A program made the translations under genes and the position numbers. A stretch of DNA of 24,234 nt from a virus: UHGV virus genome UHGV-0124819; one strand, 5' to 3'. This document shows, in pieces, positions 8,610-15,721 of the stretch (the stretch's first letter is position 1; each line of letters opens with the position of its first letter). A model generated the notes under the pieces. That model did no database searches, was not told the DNA's origin, and saw only the letters and a list, made by a program, of their open reading frames with translations.

Positions 8610-8843
8610 ATGTGCATTGAAATAATGATCGATAAAGAGCAGAAGATTAGCCAGTCTACCCTGGACGCCCTTGAATCCGAGCTTTACCGCAATCTGCGCC
8701 CCCTGTATCCCAAAACGGTAATCCGTATCCGTAAAGGTAGCTCTAACGGTGTGGAACTGACCGGACTGCAACTGGACGAAGAAAGAAAACAAGTGATGAA
8801 AATTATGCAGAAGGTGTGGGAAGACGACAGCTGGCTGCATTGA
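8610..8843 (+). CDS. DinI-family protein (DNA-damage-inducible protein I-like)
   Basis: 77 aa, MCIEIMIDKEQ...LDALESEL...QKVWEDDSWLH. Aligns by eye over its full length with E. coli DinI (MRIEVTIAK...IDALAGEL...QETWESADDW). SD GAGGTG upstream. Confidence 0.8.
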   Translation: MCIEIMIDKEQKISQSTLDALESELYRNLRPLYPKTVIRIRKGSSNGVELTGLQLDEERKQVMKIMQKVWEDDSWLH

Positions 8844-8897
8844 TTTTGTCAATAGACGCTTGTTTTTACTAATCAAAAAGGGTTACATATGAGTGAG

Positions 8898-8931
8898 AGG
8901 CGATGTCAATCAGATATCGCCTTGTTTTTTG
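8898..8931 (+). terminator. Intrinsic terminator after the DinI-like gene
   Basis: Stem AGGCGAT / ATCGCCT (8898-8904 / 8916-8922) followed by TGTTTTTTG. Confidence 0.55.
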
Positions 8932-8956
8932 TCAAGAAAAGAATAATAGGCTAAAA

Positions 8957-9634
8957 ATGAAAATTAATAACGTAGCGTTACCAATATCTCTTGCTGTAAT
9001 CCTAACTGGTTGCGTGCCACATGCTTCTAACCGAAATATCACTGCTATTGAAGTGGTGAAGCCTGCTATTGGGCAAAGTGCTACCGCCTACATGGGCGAT
9101 CCCATTATCACATCTGCTACTGGATTTAAAACGGACGTACTAGAACTTGGTGCGGCTAATGGTGCATTGTCTTCTATCGCTGCTGGTACATATTGCAGTG
9201 AGGGGAATGGAATTTACCGCAATTATCATAACCCTCAAGCTGTTGCGTTAAAAAATCTCTATGGGCAAATCGGTAACTATGTTGATTATGTTAGTTACGA
9301 TGCTGCAAAAAATGAGATATCACCGCCAAATGGTACTTCTTATACTGCATCAGAAATTTCTATCAAACGTGTTCCTGATGGGCTGTGTCGAGTTAGTAAC
9401 TCATTGGTTAAGACTATCGAATACAATGGAAATGCAGGCGGTGTAATGAAGTTCACCTATCGTGAATTTGCAAACGATATGGCTCGTGCAGCATTTACAA
9501 CAGATTTTTCTGTAGATTCTAAGGGAAGTGACGTTATCGCTTACAAAGGTGCCAAGTTCAAAGTGAACAAGGCTGATAACTCGTCTATTTCTTATACAAT
9601 TATTTCTGGCTTTGACAAGGCTGTCACGTTCTAG
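8957..9634 (+). CDS. Lipoprotein of unknown function (moron)
   Basis: Signal peptide MKINNVALPISLAVILTGC with lipobox LTGC. 225-aa Gly/Ser/Thr/Asn-rich mature part. AT-biased. Bracketed by terminators at 8898-8931 and 9739-9765. Confidence 0.75.
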   Translation: MKINNVALPISLAVILTGCVPHASNRNITAIEVVKPAIGQSATAYMGDPIITSATGFKTDVLELGAANGALSSIAAGTYCSEGNGIYRNYHNPQAVALKNLYGQIGNYVDYVSYDAAKNEISPPNGTSYTASEISIKRVPDGLCRVSNSLVKTIEYNGNAGGVMKFTYREFANDMARAAFTTDFSVDSKGSDVIAYKGAKFKVNKADNSSISYTIISGFDKAVTF

Positions 9635-9738
9635 GTTTCACGCTTGCTGAGTATGTTACGATTTTGCACATTCTGCATAAACGCGCATGTCTATGCTGCA
9701 TGAGATCGCATGATCGTTTGAGGATCTTTTGTGTTAAG

Positions 9739-9765
9739 GCCCGCCAGTTCTGGCGGGCTTTTGCG
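9739..9765 (+). terminator. Intrinsic terminator
   Basis: Perfect 8-bp stem GCCCGCCA / TGGCGGGC (9739-9746 / 9751-9758), loop GTTC, then TTTTGCG. Confidence 0.7.
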
Positions 9766-9807
9766 TAGATCATGCAGGTGCATGAAAACCACTACATAAA
9801 GCGGGCA

Positions 9808-9826
9808 GGCGTGGCGGGGATACGAG
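9808..9826. other. Candidate cos site (19-nt cohesive-end region)
   Basis: GGCGTGGCGGGGATACGAG begins with GGCGTGGCGGGGA, matching the first 13 nt of the 186-type cohesive end as I recall it (GGCGTGGCGGGGAAAGCAT). GC-rich element in a non-coding gap between the replication and portal gene blocks. Confidence 0.45.
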
Positions 9827-9973
9827 CGCGCGCAAGGTATAGAAACAGTCGTTTGTTTACAAACAGATACTATGATTTTCAATGTTCTTTCAAATTGTTG
9901 CTTTAAGATAGCAGGTAGATGTTTGTAGTTGTTGCGTGAACTGATAAGCTTCTACAACTATCGAGGAAAGGAT

Positions 9974-11041
9974 ATGAAGCGGCTAACTGAAGAACAAATT
10001 GAACATTCTTTGATCAGAGCAAGGAAGATTGCGAAGCGGGAGTCAAGAAAGCTTTCTGGTGGAAGACGGATGCTACAGCCCATGCGGGTATTCTCTCGTG
10101 TGAGAATACCCGCGCCTGCGTCATTGGACTTATTTAATACTAAAAATTACAAACTATTTATAGAGTTTATCACTTTAATAAGAGATTACATCAATGATGG
10201 TGAGAAAATTTTAATAGATTTCAGAAATACAAAATCTCTGAAAGCATGTGCAGTAATCGTATTGTATGCACATATTGACTTTTTACAAAGGCAAACAAAA
10301 GATAAAAATATAATTTCTATTACTACGTGCGGTTCATCCAGGGCAAATAACTGGTTTAAAATATGTGGTATTTGGGGGATTACAGGGTTTCAGCGTATAG
10401 CTGCAGATAAGCTTAATTCAATGGAAATTGTTTCCGCTGTTGCAGGCAAAACTAGAGATGATCATGAAAGTGCCGAAGCAAGACAAAAAATTAAAAATAT
10501 TCTACGTTATATAAAAGATACCATTTATGAAGGTAAGATTTCCGCTTCGGATGGTGTGAAATTATATGCAGCCTTAACTGAATCTATTAGCAATGTTGGT
10601 CTACATGCGTATTCAAATGAAGAACAGTTCTCTGAATTTATTGAGGACATTGGTAAAAGATGGTGGATATTGGCACACAAAGTCGAAGAACAACTATTTT
10701 TGATGGTGTATGATATGGGAGAAGGTATCCCAGTTACATTGGTTAAAAAAGACTTTTTCACATTTATCGCTCAGATATTTAATCCTAAGACGGATTCTGA
10801 TAAAATATTCGCGGCTGTACAGTATGGTGAGACAAGAATGAATAGTCAGAAGCATGGTAAAGGATTACCTGATATGAAAAGGTATGTTGTAGATAACCCT
10901 GAGGGGCAGTTACATATTTTTAGTGGAATGGGACGATATTCTTATGATGCTGAAAATAATGTTGAAGATAAATTTGATCTGCCATACTCCATAGGTGGAA
11001 CCCTTATTCAATGGAATGTAAGTTTGAGAGGTGCTGAATGA
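9974..11041 (+). CDS. Cassette gene 1: protein with a C-terminal GHKL-superfamily ATPase/kinase domain (RsbW/SpoIIAB-like) and an N-terminal domain of unknown function
   Basis: 355 aa from ATG 9974 (SD GAGGAAAGG). N-box-like LTESISNVGLHAY (10580-10612; compare SpoIIAB SEAVTNAIIHGY), G1-box-like YDMGEGIP (10709-10732), G2-like HGKGLPD (10853-10873). AT-rich. Confidence 0.6.
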   Translation: MKRLTEEQIEHSLIRARKIAKRESRKLSGGRRMLQPMRVFSRVRIPAPASLDLFNTKNYKLFIEFITLIRDYINDGEKILIDFRNTKSLKACAVIVLYAHIDFLQRQTKDKNIISITTCGSSRANNWFKICGIWGITGFQRIAADKLNSMEIVSAVAGKTRDDHESAEARQKIKNILRYIKDTIYEGKISASDGVKLYAALTESISNVGLHAYSNEEQFSEFIEDIGKRWWILAHKVEEQLFLMVYDMGEGIPVTLVKKDFFTFIAQIFNPKTDSDKIFAAVQYGETRMNSQKHGKGLPDMKRYVVDNPEGQLHIFSGMGRYSYDAENNVEDKFDLPYSIGGTLIQWNVSLRGAE

Positions 11042-11358
11042 AAATCAAAGAGATACATGTTGCTGAAGATTTTTCAGATGTTCCCTATGGCCGCTATGAT
11101 GAGGATGGTCCTGATAATGGACAACGTTTCCGTGAAAAGTATCTTTTGAAAGCCATCCAAGATTATGATGAGGTGCACGTGTACCTTGATGGTGCTATGG
11201 GTTATGGTTCTTCATTCTTGGAAGAGGCGTTTGGTGGACTTTATAGAACAAATAATATAGATAAAGCTATAATTAGGAAAAAATTAAAAATATTTACTGA
11301 TTTGGATTTCCTCAAGGATAGTATATGGGGATATATTTCTGATGCTAAAAAGGAGTGA
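11038..11358 (+). CDS. Cassette gene 2: small acidic protein, possibly STAS-like (anti-sigma-factor-antagonist-like, DUF4325-type)
   Basis: 106 aa. ATG overlaps the gene 1 stop (ATGA at 11038-11041). Segment VHVYLDGAMGYGSSFLEEAFGG (around 11200-11235) resembles the SpoIIAA/RsbV pattern h-h-D-x-S/G-x-h-x-h-DSSGLG. Confidence 0.5.
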   Translation: MKIKEIHVAEDFSDVPYGRYDEDGPDNGQRFREKYLLKAIQDYDEVHVYLDGAMGYGSSFLEEAFGGLYRTNNIDKAIIRKKLKIFTDLDFLKDSIWGYISDAKKE

Positions 11359-11363
11359 TGTTC

Positions 11364-11852
11364 ATGGATGAACTTCCGGTTTATCTGCGGTTATTACAAT
11401 ACCTTGCTAGTTCAGGTGTGATTGCAATTCTAACAGCCTTGATTGGTTGGGTTTTTGTTTATAGAAACTCCCGTGCGTTGCAAAAGAGGAGTGAAACATG
11501 GTCAATTGTAAAAAATGTTTCAGATAATTTAAAGGAAATTGAATCTGCATCAAGAAAGTTTTGGATACCGGGAGATTCAAAAGAAATTGATGCAATGTCA
11601 TTTCAAAATGAGATAACAGCACTTCTTGCGGAGACCGAGCGGTGGTTGAATCATCTAAAACAACGCATTAATATCGAAGGTGACTATAAACCTTTGATTG
11701 CTGATTTATTCAAAGATGCTACATCTAATATTGAAAAAGCACAGGAGTATGATAAAAGTCAAAGGACAAGAATTAGTGTATTAGTGTCAAAAAGGGCGAA
11801 AATAATTAAATCTCTAATTGATGAGTCTTATCAGAAAAAATTCTTAAAGTGA
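11364..11852 (+). CDS. Cassette gene 3: single-pass membrane protein with a C-terminal coiled-coil-like region
   Basis: Likely ATG at 11364, 9 nt after SD AAGGAG and 5 nt after the gene 2 stop. TM helix VIAILTALIGWVFVY, then a charged heptad-like Lys/Glu-rich region. AT-rich. Confidence 0.6.
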   Translation: MDELPVYLRLLQYLASSGVIAILTALIGWVFVYRNSRALQKRSETWSIVKNVSDNLKEIESASRKFWIPGDSKEIDAMSFQNEITALLAETERWLNHLKQRINIEGDYKPLIADLFKDATSNIEKAQEYDKSQRTRISVLVSKRAKIIKSLIDESYQKKFLK

Positions 11853-11862
11853 TAATTTGTTA

Positions 11863-11891
11863 CGGCACGGTAGTGCCGTAGTTTTTTTTCT
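11863..11891 (+). terminator. Intrinsic terminator closing the three-gene cassette
   Basis: Stem ACGGCAC / GTGCCGT (11863-11869 / 11874-11880), loop GGTA, then a T8 run. Confidence 0.75.
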
Positions 11892-11937
11892 TATTATGTG
11901 TTGAGCGATGGATGTCCTATTAAGTGATGTAAATGTA

Positions 11938-12963
11938 TCAGAATGAATATATTTCAAATTCTATTATTTTTTTATCAAGCCATTCATTTATCTCTCCTAA
12001 GCGTTTTTGTAATGGTATAAGTTCGTTTCGTACAAACACTTTACTTGCTTTCTCCACATCCCCAAACCCCCCAACATTATTAGGCATAATCCCCATCATC
12101 TGAGGCGGCACGCGGTGCGCTGCCATCATGTCATCCCGACTCACGTTCTTGATATTAAGAAATTCATCCTTCGCCGCGACTTCTGACAATGGGATGATCT
12201 GAAGCCCGTCCTTTTTGCCGTTAGGCGAGTACATAAACAGGTTGCGGAAGTTGCCTGGACCTTTGGCGCTTTTCATCGCGTTGCGGAGGTTGTTCACATC
12301 CTCCTGGTTTTGTGCGGCATCGGTCATGTACATGATAAAGCCCGCATGGCTGCCGTTAATGTAATACTTGCGACGGAACAGCGTGGCGGACTCGTTGAGC
12401 AGGGCTGACGGAATGGCAGAAAGATAACCGGGCAGGCCGTAGATCTCCTGGTTGATGTCCGGTTCCATCAGATGAAAGATGCTGCCTTTCGTGAACTGAT
12501 ATGGCTGCGTGGTCATACCGTATTGCACAAACCAGTAGGTATCCAGGTCTAACCCGCGTCGGGTGTATTTTGCCAGGGCAGGTTCAAGGGCGATAACTTC
12601 ACCGAAGCGGTTCGTGCGTTTCTCCAGGTAGGCGTTACCAAATACCAGATAGTCCTGCACAAAACGCGAAAAAGCCTGCTGGCTGAGCAGCGGGTGAGGG
12701 ATGTAGGTGCTGGTCAGAATGTTGCACTTTACTGCAATCGGGGAACTATGATGCACGGCAGCGCGGAAGGTGCGCGCCAGTCCGTCAAAGCTGACGGGCG
12801 GCTCATACCAGCGGTCCATCTGTACGCATTCCACATAATCCAGCAGTTCTCGGCGGTCCAGAACAGGAACGGGATCGCCGAAGCTGAATGCTTCGGCTGT
12901 AGTTTGACTTTTAAGCTGGATCTGTTTCGTCGCCGCAGTGCGGTTCTTCTTACTCTTTCCCAT
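11938..12963 (-). CDS. Q: Portal protein (P2 gpQ family)
   Basis: 341 aa, the size and position of P2 gpQ. Convergent with the cassette and immediately followed (upstream on the minus strand) by the terminase gene. Assigned by synteny and length. Confidence 0.9.
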   Translation of the reverse strand: MGKSKKNRTAATKQIQLKSQTTAEAFSFGDPVPVLDRRELLDYVECVQMDRWYEPPVSFDGLARTFRAAVHHSSPIAVKCNILTSTYIPHPLLSQQAFSRFVQDYLVFGNAYLEKRTNRFGEVIALEPALAKYTRRGLDLDTYWFVQYGMTTQPYQFTKGSIFHLMEPDINQEIYGLPGYLSAIPSALLNESATLFRRKYYINGSHAGFIMYMTDAAQNQEDVNNLRNAMKSAKGPGNFRNLFMYSPNGKKDGLQIIPLSEVAAKDEFLNIKNVSRDDMMAAHRVPPQMMGIMPNNVGGFGDVEKASKVFVRNELIPLQKRLGEINEWLDKKIIEFEIYSF

Positions 12964-14729
12964 CAAAAAATCTCCACAATATTGCTGGTATTGGCGGATT
13001 CGCCCTGCAGCGGTTCGTTAAACAGTGCGTGCATCGTTGCCCAGGCCAGATCGGCGTGGCTGGCTTCTTCGCTGCGGCTGGCTTCATAGGTCGGGCGGTT
13101 GCCACTGGCGGTGGTGGCGCGACGGATTGCCATGAATGACTGCGCAATGTCGGTGTGCCCGGCGTCAAACTCAAGACGGCGGTGGCTGATAATGTCGTAG
13201 GCCTTGAGTACCAGGGCGTTTTTAACGTTGGGGTTGTAGACAAACTCCCGGACGGCAGGAAAAAACGCTTTCACGTTCTCGTAAACCCCGTGACCAACGC
13301 CGGTTGAGTCGATGCCGATATAGGTCACGTTGTACCGTTCGGTCAGTTTTTTGATGGCGTCAGCCTGGGCGCGAAAGTCCATTCCGCGCCACTGGTGACG
13401 CTCAAGAATGCGGAACTTACCGCCCGGCACGGCTGGCGGTGCCACCACCACGCATCCGGCGCTGTCGCCGTTTTGCGTACCTTTTGCCGGGTCATAACCG
13501 ATCCACACTTCGCGCCAGCCAAACGGGCGCAGAGCCAGTGCATGAAAGTCGGTCCAGACTTCCCAGCTGTCCACCATGCACGCCTGCAGCTCGCTGAGCG
13601 GGAACACGGACGCGAGATCGTCCACGAACTCACACATCAGCAGGTTCTGGTATTCGTCCGGGCTGTATTCCATGCGTAACTGGTCGAGGTCGAACAGGTT
13701 ACATCCGCCGCGCACCGCATCTTCTACGGTGACTATCTGGCGGTATTGCCCGTCTGCGCACAGCAGGCCGGGGGCCAGATTGCTGTGGGACAGGTCGATG
13801 TCCACCTTATCGGCTTTGTTGCGCCCACGGTTGAACAGCGCACCGGACCAGAACGGATAAGCACTGTGTGTCAGACTGGATGGCGTGGAAAAATAGGTCT
13901 GTCGCCATTTCTTGTGAATAGCCATACCGGAAGCCACTTTGCGCAGCTCCTGGAATTTCGGTATCCAGAAATATTCATCCAGATACAGGTTGCCGTGATA
14001 ACTCTGGGCCGTGCGGGCATTGGTGCCGAGGAAGTAAAGCGTGGCCCCGTTGGGAAGCACCATCGGATCACCTTTCAGCTCCACCTCCACTTCTTTGGCG
14101 AAGTCGATGATGTACTGCTTAAAGACGTGGGCCTGTGCCTTGCTGGCGGAAAGGAAAATCTGGTTACGTCCGGTCAGCAGAGCGTCAATCAGGGCTTCAC
14201 GGGCAAAATAGAAGGTCGCGCCGATCTGGCGTGACTTCAACAGGTTGCGGATGCGGTTGGTTTTTCCGGCTTCCCACCAGTGGCGCTGGTAGTTGAACAT
14301 GGAGGAATGGAAGATTTCCTCCAGCTTTTCAATCTGTTCATCGGTGAAAACGTTCTTTTCCGGCTGACGACGCGGGCCTTTGTTGCGGTTGGCGACGTTA
14401 GGGTTTAAGTCGGCTTCGTTGCCGCCATTGTTAAACTTGCCGATCCGCGCGTGGCGCTCAGACTGGCGCGCCAGCAGGTCAATCTCTTTGAAATCTTTCC
14501 CTTCTTTGTGCTCCTTCATAATGAGCTGGCAGTAGCGGGCGGCGGTGGTGAGCTGCATCTGATCCAGCGGCCCATAGTCACCCCACTTGTCGCGTTTTTT
14601 CCAGCTGTGAACGGTTGCAACTTTCTCGCCCAGCATTTCAGCAATGCGGGCTACGCGGTATCCCTGAAAGTACAGCAGCATGGCCTGCCGACGGGGATCG
14701 AGATCTGCGGGTGTCAGTGTGGTGTTCAT
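12963..14729 (-). CDS. P: Terminase large (ATPase) subunit (P2 gpP family)
   Basis: 588 aa, the size and position of P2 gpP, in the Q-P operon divergent from O. Confidence 0.95.
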   Translation of the reverse strand: MNTTLTPADLDPRRQAMLLYFQGYRVARIAEMLGEKVATVHSWKKRDKWGDYGPLDQMQLTTAARYCQLIMKEHKEGKDFKEIDLLARQSERHARIGKFNNGGNEADLNPNVANRNKGPRRQPEKNVFTDEQIEKLEEIFHSSMFNYQRHWWEAGKTNRIRNLLKSRQIGATFYFAREALIDALLTGRNQIFLSASKAQAHVFKQYIIDFAKEVEVELKGDPMVLPNGATLYFLGTNARTAQSYHGNLYLDEYFWIPKFQELRKVASGMAIHKKWRQTYFSTPSSLTHSAYPFWSGALFNRGRNKADKVDIDLSHSNLAPGLLCADGQYRQIVTVEDAVRGGCNLFDLDQLRMEYSPDEYQNLLMCEFVDDLASVFPLSELQACMVDSWEVWTDFHALALRPFGWREVWIGYDPAKGTQNGDSAGCVVVAPPAVPGGKFRILERHQWRGMDFRAQADAIKKLTERYNVTYIGIDSTGVGHGVYENVKAFFPAVREFVYNPNVKNALVLKAYDIISHRRLEFDAGHTDIAQSFMAIRRATTASGNRPTYEASRSEEASHADLAWATMHALFNEPLQGESANTSNIVEIF

Positions 14730-14775
14730 GGCACAAACCTACAGCCTTGAATGAAGGCTTTCCCCGCCTGCGGTT

Positions 14776-14793
14776 TGTGTGGTTGTCGGTACA
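14776..14793. promoter_or_regulatory. P2-type late-promoter activator (Ogr/Delta/B) binding element upstream of O, in the P/O divergent region
   Basis: TGT-N12-ACA (TGTgtggttgtcggtACA), about 80 nt upstream of the O start codon. Confidence 0.45.
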
Positions 14794-14871
14794 AATACCG
14801 CGCATTGTTTCACTGCCCCCATCACCGCAACCATAAGGCTCCAGTAAGTTTTTTCTAACGGAGCACGGCTC

Positions 14872-15705
14872 ATGACAGTGAAAGCAAAGCGTTTTCGCAT
14901 CGGGGTGGAAGGTGCCACCACCGACGGACGCGAAATCCAGCGTGAATGGCTGGAACAGATGGCAGCCAGCTACAACCCGGCGGTGTATACCGCGCTGATT
15001 AACCTTGAGCACATCAAGTCTTATCTGCCGGACAGCACCTTTAACCGCTACGGCAAGGTGACGGCGCTGTTTGCTGAAGAAATCACGGAAGGTCCGCTGG
15101 CAGGAAAGATGGCGCTGTATGCCGACGTTGAGCCAACGGAGTCCCTGGTGGAGCTGGTGAAAAAAGGCCAGAAATTATTCACATCTATGGAAGTCAGTCC
15201 GAAGTTCGCTGATACGGGCAAAGCCTACCTGGTTGGCCTGGCTGCCACTGATGACCCTGCCAGTCTGGGTACGGAAATGCTGACATTCAGCGCCAGTGCA
15301 GCCCATAACCCGCTGGCAAACCGCAAGCAGAATCCCGCCAATCTTTTTACCGCTGCTGAGGAAACGGTGATCGAACTGGAAGAAATCCAGGAGGACAAGC
15401 CGTCCCTGTTTACCCGTGTCACGGCGCTGTTCACCAAAAAAGAGCAGTCCGACGATGCCCGGTTCTCTGATGTGCATAAGGCCGTGGAGCTGGTCGCCAC
15501 TGAGCAGCAGAACCTGAGCGCACGCACCGAAAAATCCCTGTCTGAGCAGGAAGAACGCCTGTCTGAGCTGGAGACTGCTCTGCAGGAGCAGAAAACCGCC
15601 TTTAACGAACTGGTGAATAAGCTGAGTCATGAAGACAGCCGCCAGGACTACCGCCAGCGTGCAACAGGCGGTAACGCCCCCGCTGACACTCTGACCAATT
15701 GCTGA
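14872..15705 (+). CDS. O: Capsid scaffolding protein (P2 gpO family)
   Basis: 277 aa, first gene of the rightward late operon. Coiled-coil-like Glu/Leu/Gln-rich C-terminal region. Confidence 0.9.
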   Translation: MTVKAKRFRIGVEGATTDGREIQREWLEQMAASYNPAVYTALINLEHIKSYLPDSTFNRYGKVTALFAEEITEGPLAGKMALYADVEPTESLVELVKKGQKLFTSMEVSPKFADTGKAYLVGLAATDDPASLGTEMLTFSASAAHNPLANRKQNPANLFTAAEETVIELEEIQEDKPSLFTRVTALFTKKEQSDDARFSDVHKAVELVATEQQNLSARTEKSLSEQEERLSELETALQEQKTAFNELVNKLSHEDSRQDYRQRATGGNAPADTLTNC

Positions 15706-15721
15706 TGGAGCACAAAACCCG

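Noticed and set aside
8903-8956. Upstream ATG at 8903 extending the lipoprotein ORF by 18 codons.
   Set aside because: This extension lies within the terminator hairpin and T-run at 8898-8931 and would bury the signal peptide. The ATG at 8957 gives a canonical lipoprotein signal peptide.
9929-9973. ORF-track start for cassette gene 1 at 9929.
   Set aside because: Position 9929 is a TTG with no ribosome-binding site. The in-frame ATG at 9974 has a strong SD (GAGGAAAGG) at ideal spacing.
12950-14234. Several ORFs of 60-160 aa on both strands overlapping the portal and terminase genes (for example 12950-13243, 13343-13633, 13395-13679, 13746-14234).
   Set aside because: They lie inside or antisense to the well-supported Q and P genes and are Arg/Ala/Pro-rich, low-complexity translations typical of out-of-frame reads through GC-rich coding DNA. 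No SD or operon logic.
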